Positions 51,321-62,400 of a DNA stretch of 64,000 nucleotides are shown here, piece by piece. Position 1 is the stretch's first letter; each line of letters opens with the position of its first letter. Where the stretch lies: positions 62,001 to 126,000 of the forward strand of contig NMRA01000694.1 in the NCBI GenBank assembly GCA_002633005.1, given 5' to 3'. The stretch is from Phoronis australis (Eukaryota > Animalia > Phoronida). The notes beneath the pieces were generated by a model. It did no database searches, was not told the origin of the DNA, and saw only the letters and a program-made list of their open reading frames with translations. A program made the position numbers and the translations under genes.

Positions 51321-52173
51321 ACATTGACCTCTGTATTTTCATAGGTCTTCAGGTGTATACTTTGTGTTACTTCGTGACTATGAAGGAAAAGTTCCAAGTA
51401 GAAATTTGTTTCTGGCATTCTAATGCTGTGCTAATCTCGTATGTTGGTAAATTTGTTTTTAATTCTATGTTTCTGTGGTGCTTTAAGCAACTGATGCATA
51501 GGATGTGCTTGTATTATGAAGATCACTCACATTTTGAAACCTAGCCTATTGAGGAGACAATGACCATGCCTTTCCATTTTGCAAAGTACAACATACTACA
51601 TATATGCTCTCTACTGGCCACTTTATGGAACCAATAAACAACCTTAGAAGGATACCGTATATACGGTGCAATTGTGGACGCACTTCAACGCTCTGCGTTG
51701 CTCTTGTTGTAAAAAAGCAGTGGTGTTATTTGTATATTACTGCGGAACACAAAAACTGGGCACGTTAAAGCAAAGCTCCAACTTTGTTTTTTTGAGGAAA
51801 AAGTTTTAGTAAAATTGGCTTTGGGGTTATTTTGTTATCAAACAAATAAAATGTACCTGTGTCTTGCACATGAAAAATTGACTCAAAACAAGGGGGTCTA
51901 TTGACAATACTAAAGACACAGCTGTCTGCAGTAAGAAATGTATTTTTAGAATCCTTGATCTTTCTCCTTTCGGAAAATAGATATGAAAAACATGTTTTTT
52001 CAATATTTGACTTAGAAGTGATGTCCTTTATTAAGGTCCTAATTAATGGCTAATGTGCTTGATTTGATGTTGTAAGAGTTTGTTGTGTGACTGATGTACT
52101 GATGTATATGTATGGGAACACTTGTGGCATGATATTGTACTAATGGCATGACATGTTTGATTTGATATTGCAG

Positions 52174-52233
52174 AGATCCATCGTGTAGCAACTGTGGTGA
52201 AAGTGCTAAATTGTTCATCATTAGGCAGATGAG
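52174..52233 (+). CDS. Candidate 60-nt phase-2 micro-exon (DPSCSNCGESAKLFIIRQM)
   Basis: Acceptor TTTGATATTGCAG, donor GTATGT, open frame, CxxCG motif. Confidence 0.42.
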
Positions 52234-53149
52234 GTATGTAGTGATGTATATCTATGTACTAGGCGTGTAAAAGTGCTGTGTAGTGGGCTTCAGTTGTTTC
52301 ATTTAGCATTCACCTCTATTGTTGTTTTTCATCAAATTTTGTGTCCAGGATTCTTTGTTAAGTACATGAAATTGTAGTCTGCAAAAAATAAATTCAAGAT
52401 TGCGAAGTTTGAAATTTTCATATTAGAAAAAATGTTGAAACGTTGAAATAAGATGAAATTTTGATAATGAATGTGTTTGTATATTTTGGTCTATGATTTC
52501 ACTCTTAAGCAAACGAACCAGCTGTAAATCATGAACTGAGGCTTCACGATAAAGTGTGCATACTAGACAGAACTTCATCATTCCATCTTTCAAGTAAATT
52601 TCACAATAAATTTAATTGAAAGGTGCATAATTATCTATTGGCAGTGATTTACAAAATATGAATTCCAAAGTGAAAAAGACATATTTTACAAATTTAAAAT
52701 ACAAAGTTTTAGGATTTCAATAAAACTTGGCCCCTGATATGCTACAGTAAGTGTTTTTGTTTTGACATAGCTAACTTAGAAAGTTGTGAATGACTCCCAC
52801 TATAGGCATACATATATGTTTGTGGGCATAAATGGCTTGCTTATGTTGCCAATCATGTTTTGTTGTTTGTATTTTGTATAACAAAGATTGGCTGTACTTC
52901 GGGAGCAAGTTTTCGGATATACAGGATAGATTAAACGGACGACACTTTTTCATTGTTGACAGTCTTTATTCCGTTACATTCATACCTTCGCAACAAAACT
53001 ACTCTCAACTGAACATAGGTAAAGGAACTGACCTAGCGACATATTTAAAAGGTACACGATATTTCGAAACATACTCGTTTCAAAGTTTGTAAGCCTGATG
53101 ATTACCTCGATGTTATTTATTTATTATTGGCATAGGAAGTCCTCCAACT

Positions 53150-53650
53150 TGGTCATAAAAAATAACATTTCTAAAGCGAATGTCCGGCCCGTTGCACAAT
53201 GCAGTGTTATTTATGAGTTTGTATGCCCTACGAACTAATGCCTTTGTTCAAACCTCAAACAATAATTTGCAGTCTTTCCTGTCAGTTATCTTTGCATCTT
53301 CAAAATGGCGGCATCTAAGATCATTTTCTGCAATGTCACGAACATAAAATCACTCGTTAAGAAATTGTGGAAAACATGTTAATTCAGTATGTGGAACAGG
53401 ACGTGCTACGATTGAAAGTATTAGGGTCCCTTTTAATTGCATTTGAGAAGCCTGTTCTGAATGAGCAGCAAACAGTGTCGTGCCGCACGTTACACTAGTT
53501 TGCGTGACTTTGCTGTTACACCCTTCATTAGTCATTCTTTGCAGTATTTCACACCCGCCTTGTCCCACAGTGTGTATCATCAGCTTATGCTCTGTGGTGG
53601 CATAACGTCACTTGAGAATGAAACACGTATGTTTCGAAATATCGTGTGGT
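53150..53650 (+). repeat. Unclassified interspersed repeat, paralog of ~5990-6760
   Basis: Same colinear blocks as 5990-6400, plus CACTTGAGA.TGAAACA and TATGTTTCGAAATATCGTGT. Confidence 0.7.
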
Positions 53651-54405
53651 GGAATAAAGACAGTCAACAATGCGTTTAATCTGTTCTGTATATTGCAAAG
53701 ATGGAATAAAAATCGCCTTTCGAGTTGAGTAATTGTTTAATGTCCTTCAAAACAAACTTGTTATATTTGAAACATAAGATCTTTAAGATTTGTGGCAAGT
53801 TTTCCAAAAACATATTCTTGAGACTGACGCTTCAACATTGTTCCCATCAATTAATGTGTAGTGCTGGGGAGGCAGATGTCTGTTTTGTGTCTTTATTACA
53901 CTATCAATGCGTTTCAAACATGAAGTGCGTTAACTTTGTACGTACAATAGAGAATGAAAACGTTTTAACCCAAGGTGTAAAGTAAATTACCGCTCACATC
54001 AGCGCGCACATCAAAGACCTGTTATTTAGTACATCATTTTTTAGAACACCAGTGCATTACAGTCACACAAAATGAAGACGGGGGGGGGGTGTTTATCTGT
54101 TACAGGATAGAATGTCTGCAGTCCTGTGTGTGCGTATAAGCACTTATTGCGATGGTAGATGTTTAGTGGTGAGATTCGTGTATGTACAAGAAGTATTGTA
54201 CCAAAAACGTTAACCAAAGATGTTATACAGTCTCTGACCCTACAGTGGACATGCTATAAGAACAGGATGAAAATTTGGTTGTGCCAATGGAAGATAAGTA
54301 ATTGGTTGTTACAGCAAGATCATTAGTCCCATTTAGACATCAACTTTTGATCCAGCACAAGTGACACGGAGCAACTTGATTGGCGTCACTATAGTGGCCG
54401 GTTAC

Positions 54406-54740
54406 CATGGGCGGATCCAGGTTTTTGAGTTGGGGGTGGGAGAGCAAAGGAATAACCAGAATTTCCCCACACACGCGCCCCCAGCCTAAAGACTAAAATG
54501 TAGGGATACAGGGGTCTCGAATTTTTTGAGTGTGTGGACCTTATTACTAAAAAAACAAAAAAACACTGACCGGGATTTGTTCAAGGCCTATGCATTGTGC
54601 ATTCACCCCCCCCACCCAAGCCCCCCTGGGTGCGCGCATATACTAGTCAGCAATTCGCACCCCAAACTGCCCAAAGGTATCTAGGAGATTTTTAGGGCAA
54701 CCATGGCCCCCTTGCCCCTCCCTCCCTAAATCCGCCACTG
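54406..54740. mobile_element. hAT-like MITE with 5-bp TSD
   Basis: Termini CATGGGCGGATCCAGG / CCTAAATCCGCCACTG; GTTAC flanks both sides. Confidence 0.8.
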
Positions 54741-55131
54741 GTTACACACGCAATTCACTAACTGTGGCAAGACGGAAGTTGTACACTGAAGAGTGGAATG
54801 CATATGCATATGTTTTTGAATAGTGGGAGTTGTAGAAACAGAGAACCCGTTTGCAGGTCATTGCACTTAGCGCAGTACAGATGATCCTTTTCGCCTTGCC
54901 CCAGTTTCGCTTTTAGGTAATAATTGACACGGAGCAAGATGTTCGAACGCAAGTTGCTCTACCTACCATTAACGGGTGGCAAAAGTTGTCACCGCGATGT
55001 CAATTTGCTCCGTGTCAGCGCGGTTTACACACTGGAACATCTCGATCTGTGTCAGCTGATCCGTGTCAACTTTTGTAGTAACGGCACTAATGACTGACAT
55101 AATCATGAGCTGGTGATTCAAACGGAGTCGA

Positions 55132-55683
55132 TGTTGCCGTGTGATAATATACGAAAGATTGTAATGGTATGGTAAACTTTATTCTTTGTTCCGTGGCCCA
55201 AAGTGGCCCATGAACACAGCGAATATAAAGTCTGCAACCACTGAATACCATACAAAACTTGTACGAATCTTGTCTGCAAAGAACAAGAAACACTAAATTA
55301 ACAAAATGGCTGACATGGGGCGTGGTCAACACAAGACACACAGAAAAAACAGACCATGGAAACATATTATACACAAAATTACAGCAAATTAAATACAATA
55401 CTATCTACACAAATATACAAACTAAGGGAAATGAAAATGTACTAACTGCATCCAAAACAAAGCAAATGATACAGATAACGAAAGAAACTACTCACTTAAG
55501 TACACGACAACAGTAAGCGACTTGACGCTTCAAATGATGCGGGCAGAGTGAAATGGCAAGCCAGTGAAACAATAGCCTAGAAAGTGCCTAGCGGCGAGGC
55601 GGAAAACTAACGCTAAGCAAAACAAAAGACCTCACATTTAAAATACATAATGAACACAATTAACCTGCAAATCATCCGTAACA
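55132..55683 (-). repeat. BEL 3' LTR
   Basis: TGTTGCCGTG...CGTAACA; preceded on the minus strand by PPT-like TGGGGCCGG. Confidence 0.95.
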
Positions 55684-55738
55684 CCGGCCCCAGAATGCGA
55701 AATCAACTATAAGCATTAAATTTTATAAAAACCTAAAC

Positions 55739-58700
55739 CTAAACGGATGATTCAAGCAGACAAAGCTTGGTTATAGGTCTAATCAAGGAAGAACTAGCAG
55801 TCTTAACTCGGACAGTTCTCACGAGACCCTCCTTATCTGGAAATGTCTCCAGTACTCGACCCAGTTTCCAACAATTGCGAGGTAAACTCTCATCTGCAAC
55901 AATTACAACATCACCTACATTTAAATTTTGCTTAATACCAAGCCATTTCCTACGAATCTGCAAAGTAGGAAGATATTCCTTCAACCATCTGCGCCAAAAC
56001 TGGTCGCACACAAACTGCACACTACGCCACCTACGACGGAACATATCCTTAGCGTCAAAGTTACCTGGAGGGACTACCAAACCTTTAGACGGGCGCAGCA
56101 AATCATNAACAGGTTCACAATCCTTAACGCGAATGCCAAAGGTATCGTCATGCGCATTCCATTTCACACCTAGCGCCCTATCTACAGGTAAGTTATCGTC
56201 AAGACACAACTCACGCACATCCTTGGCACGATCAGCTTGGGGCACAGTCTCCAAGACGTCCCTGTTGTTTGACATCCATTTGGTGATGCGGAATCCACCC
56301 ATAGCCAACAGCTGACTAAGCTCCTGTATGGTACGGCAAGCAATATCGACATCTGGCAGCGACTTCAAGCAATCATCCACGTAAAAGTGGCGCATCACAA
56401 TATTACCCACCTCAGGATCGTAGTTTTTACCAAAGTCTGAAACAACACGCTGCAAAGCAAAGTTAGCCGCACAGGGGCTCCACACACCACCGAACAAATG
56501 AACAGTCATTCTATATGTCTCATGAGGACGGGAATAATCACCGTCTTTCCACCACAAAAAACGAATAGCATCTCTATCCGCAGGCGTCACTCTAACCTGG
56601 TGGAACATAGACTCTATATCACCTACAATCGCAACTTGATCTTCACGAAATCTCAGTAAAACACCCAGAAGGCTACTTGTCAAATCCGGACCCTGAAGAA
56701 CGTTCTTGTTTAGGGACTCACCCTTATACTGTGCAGCGCAATCAAACACAATGCGGAACTTCTCAGGCTTGTTTACATTCGTAACCTTATGGTGAGGGAG
56801 TTACCACGTCTGTCCATCAGGTTCAGTCTCACCCTTAACTGGTTCAGCAAAGCCCTTCTTCAGAAGGTCGTTAATCTCTGCGGTGTATCTGGAATGAAAC
56901 TCGGAGTCTTTCTTAAAACGGGCCTTCAAACTATTGAGGCATTTAACAGCTAACATCTTATTAGTAACCAACTCAGGAGGCACCTTTGTAAAAGGTATGT
57001 CAAACTGGTAGTGACCATTCACCATCTCAATGGATGCATTCCACACATCGAGTACCCTATGGTCATCACGTGACATCTGCATGGTCTGGTCCCACATACC
57101 GTCAACCTTCCAGAAGCGCTCCACTTGCATCTGTAGCAGATCATCATTACACGTCTTACCAAAAAAGGAGTTGGCAAGCTCGTCAGTACGTTCACTGGAG
57201 AGGGGTCCATTGATGGTCCAACCCAACACCGCACGTATTGCATACGATTGCATTTTCTTGCCACGTCTCACGTCCAGCGGGATCAAGAGATCTGAAAAAT
57301 TCTGACCAATGATAATATCAACCTGGTCACCATGCAAGCCGACGTTGATTCCTTGAAGGTGTTCAAAGGCATGCAGCTCTCCCTGTTGGATGATATCATT
57401 CCGGATCTCTGGAAAATTATCTAAAACGTAGACATCAGGGAGGTCATTGCTATTGCGCTTACGACAGGTTAAAGGCTTAATATGTAATCTAACCTTATGC
57501 ACAACTTTAGTAGACACGCAATTCAGAGTTTGCAAATTCAAACTTTCAGTATCATCAGTTACACACTTAAGCTTCTCTACCAGGGATCGTGAGCAAAATG
57601 TTTTGTTACTGCCTGGATCTAACAATACACCAGTTCTAAAGAAACTATCACCTGAGCTAACCTGTACTGAAATAATAGGCATAACAATTTTAGACAAGTC
57701 CGTAGTCGCCGCACATGCACTCACACCAGCACTAGACTGTTTGTCAACGTCAGAGTCAGAACGGGTAAACACATCATGTAAAAGTTTTGAGTGTTTCAAA
57801 CCACAGTCTGGACATCCAGTCTTACTACACTTTGCCGCACTGTGATTACGAAAATTCAAGCAATTGAAGCACAACTTGTTGGCCTTGATAACTTTCATTC
57901 TTTCACTTGGTGACAACGACACGAATTTCCGGCAATCACTAAGCTTGTGTGAGTCTTTGCATAGCCAACAACAGGGGGGCTTGGCTTCAGTAGAGAACAA
58001 TGAAACTTTTCTTTTATCATTCACAAATTTAGCACCAGCTTGGCCAAAAACGGGGTCACAAATCTCACCACTGGCCGTTTCCAGAAACAAAACGAATTTA
58101 ACAAAACTTGGATAATCACCGTACAGTTTCTTTGAGCGAACAGCTTCTTTACGCCATCGTGTCTGCAGCTGATAGGGCAAACGCGCGTAAATCTTTGATA
58201 TGCGTTCTTGCGTGTTGACGTCATCGAGCCTATTGAGAACTCTCAAAGTCTCTGTGCACGACCTCACATCATCTGTCAAATTTAACAGCGCTTCAGAGTC
58301 GTTAGATTTGACTACAGGTCCGTCACAGATCTTTGAGATCCAGCTTTTTGCAATAACAAAACTGTCTCCAAAGCGAGTTTTTAGCAAGTTACGAGCACGC
58401 CCATAGCCGTCATGCATCAGTGCACACGGACGTACTAACTCAGCAGCTTTACCCGTACAACACTCAATGAGACGATTTAACTTTTCATCTTCTGACATGT
58501 CTGAAAAGTGGAAGGCATTGAACTGGCTCATGAACATACAGTAATTAAGCGGGTTCCCGTCAAACTTGGCTATTTTAAGCTCGGGGAGTACTCTAATGTT
58601 CATAGGTGAGGTACATGAGGCCGCTTGTTGTGGCGGGGTACTCGAGGCTGCTTGTGGCGGGGTAGTCGTCTTGCATTTAGGTACGCTCGGTTTTTTATCC

Positions 58701-59020
58701 TCAATCGAACAAGCGGAGCGGGTTTTGAAATTTCGTTCAGACACATTTTCACGACATTCAAGAATTTGCTCTTCCGCTTTAGCGGCTTCAACCTCAGCCT
58801 CTAGTGTTAACCTACGCAACTTCGCTTGCAGTTCTAATTCGCGTTCAATATAGCGTCTCTTGGCTTCGAGGGCGGCCTTTTTGGCCCGGGCTTTGACAAG
58901 TGCACTAGAAACGCTTGAAGTTGAAGAACACTTACTGCTTACTTGCGAGACACTATCAAGAAACTGTTCTTCATCACCATCAGTGCCCTTGCGCACAGTC
59001 ACAAATCTGTCATCCATCAT
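55739..59020 (-). pseudogene. gag-pol: BEL/Pao gag-pol polyprotein with one in-frame stop; RNase H and integrase core missing at N56107
   Basis: KFDGNPLNY (DUF1759-like), Cys/His knuckles CWLCKDSH..C, CFNCL..H...C and CPDC..KH..LLH, protease [35 protein letters not shown], and C-terminal WRRWLKEYL...GDVV..WKLGRV. The two listed ORFs are in the same frame. Confidence 0.95.
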
Positions 59021-59051
59021 GGCTTAGACAATTGACACAAGTTTTGTATCA

Positions 59052-59601
59052 TGGTGCCGTGTGATAATATACGAAAGATTGTAATGGTATGGTAAACTTT
59101 ATTCTTTGTTCCGTGGCCCAAAGTGGCCCATGAACACAGCGAATATAAAGTCTGCAACCACTGAATACCATACAAAACTTGTACGAATCTTGTCAGCAAA
59201 GAACAAGAAACACTAAATTAACAAAATGGCTTACATGGGGCGTGGTCAACACAAGACACACAGAAAAAACAGACCATGGAAACATATTATACACAAAATT
59301 ACAGCAAATTAAATACAATACTATCTACACAAATATACAAACTAAGGGAAATGAAAATGTACTAACTGCGTCCAAAACAAAGCAAATGATACAGATAACG
59401 AAAGAAACTACTCACTAGTACACGACAACAGTAAGCGACTTGACGCTTCAAATGATGCGGGCAGAGTGAAATGGCAAGCCAGTGAAACAATAGCCTAGAA
59501 AGTGCCTAGCGTCGAGGCAGAAAACTAACGCTAAGCAAAACAAAAGACCTCACATTTAAAATACATAATGAACACAATTAACCTGCAAATCATCCGTAAC
59601 A
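59052..59601 (-). repeat. BEL 5' LTR
   Basis: Direct repeat of 55132-55683; minus-strand AATAAA at 59098-59103. Confidence 0.95.
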
Positions 59602-60328
59602 GTCGAGTTGCCCACATAAGTGATCAATTGTAGCGCTGCATCCGAGGGATCTGTGCCGATTCTGAAAAAGGCAATTTATTTTAAAATGACTGATCACAAA
59701 GGAGCTGAATATGATCAGCATTCTTGCTTTATAATGCTTTATAACTTTAAGTTAATGAATGTAAAGAACACTACCTTACGAAATCCCCAATTTCTTGCTG
59801 CAGAAGTCGTATTTATTTATCGTTTTTATGGTTGTAACCCGCTGTATGTGGTGAGCCTTTGCACCGCAGTATTAGCATTGCCATCGGCCTCATTGCATAG
59901 GGTCCTATCAGATGTTCACAGTACTATAAGCCAACCTCAAGTCTGAAATGACGAGCTGAGAGTTTAACACAATTAAGTGATGAGAGTTGGGTGTTTTCTA
60001 AATGTCAGAGGCTGAACTATGTTGATAAATAAGCTTAATAAGCTATTATAACATATTTCTATTTCAGAAACATTTTAATCCCATGGATGTTGTTAAATAC
60101 TTCGCTGCATTAGAAATGTTGAGTAGTCACACTTTTGCAGTAACATGATGATGAAGAAGTCTTAGCTATTGTCATATTAACTCATGTACTTAATGACTAA
60201 TATGTTTGATTTAATGTTGTAGGAGATTGTTAAATAAATGTGAATGGTGTGGATATATTATGGGATCACTCATGGCAAGATATTGTACTTATTAATAATT
60301 GATATGATGTTGTATTTGCTGTTTGTAG

Positions 60329-60406
60329 AGGTATACGGTGTCGCACCTGTTGTGAAAGCGCTGAATTGGCCTTAACGAATCCTATTGGAGGGTGGGATGA
60401 AGAGAG
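60329..60406 (+). CDS. Candidate 78-nt phase-2 micro-exon (GIRCRTCCESAELALTNPIGGWDEE)
   Basis: Acceptor GCTGTTTGTAG, donor GTATGT, open frame, CxxC motif; preceded by another CxxCG segment (60223, RLLNKCEWCGY). Confidence 0.42.
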
Positions 60407-60734
60407 GTATGTCTCATTCAGTATCAAGTGCTTTATGATCTTCTATCTTCGAGCGTAAAAGAAATCTGAATTGATGGTCCAGCGGAGTCGAGCTATCTTG
60501 ATGAAAAACAATGTGATAAAAAATGGAAAATCAAAAAGCATTTTTCAAAACAAATTGTCACTCCCAAAATTTAACCAGTATCTAAATTTGGTTATTGTAA
60601 ATTGTTTTAATTACTACAAAGAAACATGTTAACTCTCTCTTACAGAACATAACAGCACTCAAGTATCTTTTCAGTAATATTTAAGTGTTAGAAAAACCCA
60701 TACGAAAAAGTACACTGGACTTTCAGATGGGACA

Positions 60735-62188
60735 CATGCTATAAGCATTCCCACTAAATAAGATTGGTCCTAACCCCAATGGTCAAGGTAAACGGTGGGG
60801 TTTGGAAAATTGAACTAAACCGTATTTATCCACCTTGGCTGAGTCGCGCTCGGCTCACGATCAAAGGGATGCCGCCAAGCTGCTCTATTCATCGAGTCAC
60901 GAGCGAGGATAATTGGCTTCTCTCATGCGGATTTGATCAGCTGATTACAATTTAACTAGCAGACTGTACTTTTTATGGAGAGAGTTTTACGTAGGTTTTA
61001 CTGTAATATTTGGGAAGAGGGGCGAAAACAAATATGAGTGTAACTTTGAATTTTTCAAATCGGCCCAGGACAAGAGATTTTGCAACACAGCAACACTCAC
61101 GATTACTTTCGGCGTGCACGAATACAAAAATATAGGACCTACGTTATTTAGATTTTGGAACACATGCATTGCAATATTCAAAAAACGTTTATTATGAATC
61201 TTACAAGCTGTAAACCGTCGTTGTTTAATTTGATTGTGCTCATTCACTGTCATCCGTCAAATCGGCAATTTCCGAGATGTGATCTGCGGCGTGCGCGTAT
61301 GTACAAAACATGTTGTTATGTTCCTGAAGTACGAAAATTAAGAAACTTTATTATTGACAGAGACACGATAAAACAAATTTGGATTTTGACTATAGTCTTG
61401 ATACAGCGAGCTGGCTAGTGACCACTGCGTCAGTGTCTCCGTTAGACCCAGAAGTTTCACACAGCCCGGGTAGTTCACCTCATCCCCAACATGTACGTAG
61501 ATCGAGCCTTGGACTATAATACTCCACAGTAGAGCTAACGACAGTCGGCCTGTGCACACAAAATCTGTGAGCTTAAACCAGCACTCACCTTGGATGTTGC
61601 AGCCGTTTAAGTGAAAAACAATCTAGTAAACGCCATTTTCTTGCATAATCCTCCGCCTTTTGTAACAAAAAAGTCTGTCATCGATGACCTGCACACGCAC
61701 GCTCACTGACTCTCATACGCAGACGAACTTCAAAACAAACGTCACGTGACAACAACATGTGTGTTCATCCAGAGATTTTTCTCGTGTTGTTGCGCAGATA
61801 TAGACTTAATCGCAATTAATCTGGACTCCACGTGAACTTTAAAAATTGTAAAATATAAGGAAGATTTCAGATAATTTGTTGAGTCGAAACTATATTTATA
61901 TTCAAGAGTTCAAGTTTTCCTATTGACGATCGCGATTCAGCAATGCATCAATCGGCAAGTTTTCGCCCTGTGATGAGCACAATTTTTTGAAAAATTATCG
62001 TAATTTAACAATGGAAGTTGATAGCAATGCACCACAATTTTGTAGAAAGACTGTCATAGGCTTCAAATACGTCACAGAGCGTAAATTTGATGAATCCTAG
62101 CTTCCGATTTTACCCGTTTGGGAAACCGGGTTTCAACTGCCGTTGGCTACAATGAGCGTTCCCTCCCCGTGAAATGAATTTTTCTAAG
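60735..62188 (+). repeat. Uninterrupted copy of the segment inverted at 36276-40560; includes a Tc2-like family fragment (61690-62188)
   Basis: Reverse-complement identity visible throughout, e.g. the ORF-track peptide VKVNGGVWKIEL..IYPPWLS occurs in both copies. Confidence 0.88.
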
Positions 62189-62264
62189 CGACTGCGGTTC
62201 AACTGAGACTCATTTGACATTCAATTGAAGTTTTTACCATGTAAATGAATTGATTCACTTCATT

Positions 62265-62400
62265 AGCATATTCAATAGCCCTTCAATAGCCATTCAATTC
62301 TCCATTCAGTTCAGGATCATCCCATATTCAATAACCTTTCAATAGCCATTCAATAGCCGTTCAAAGGCCATTCAATAGCCATTCAATGATCATTCAATTG
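62265..62400. repeat. 11-bp minisatellite (TTCAATAGCCA)n
   Basis: About 9 imperfect tandem copies. Confidence 0.8.

Larger units (their letters stand above)
44623..52042 (+). mobile_element. Kolobok-like long-TIR element carrying a THAP remnant and nested insertions (duplicate left end at 42776)
   Basis: Inserted in the TTAA of the host unit (GTACTTAA / TTAATGGCTAAT, intact at 32413 and 60186). ~190-bp imperfect TIRs: 44623-44805 vs the reverse complement of 51865-52042. 5' end begins GG. Confidence 0.6.
55132..59601 (-). mobile_element. BEL/Pao LTR retrotransposon (young)
   Basis: Near-identical ~550-bp LTRs, perfect 5-bp TSD GTCGA (55127-55131 and 59602-59606), gag-PR-RT and integrase C-terminal tail. 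Confidence 0.96.

Noticed and set aside
54325-55075. Repeated TGACACGGA / TCCGTGTCA motifs suggesting another DNA transposon around the BEL insertion
   Set aside because: Could not define paired termini or a TSD.
55767-58853. Plus-strand ORFs overlapping the BEL polyprotein
   Set aside because: Antisense shadows of the coding strand.
59052-59062. TGGTGCCGTG resembling a tRNA-His PBS
   Set aside because: It is on the wrong strand and is the LTR terminus itself; the other LTR reads TGTTGCCGTG.
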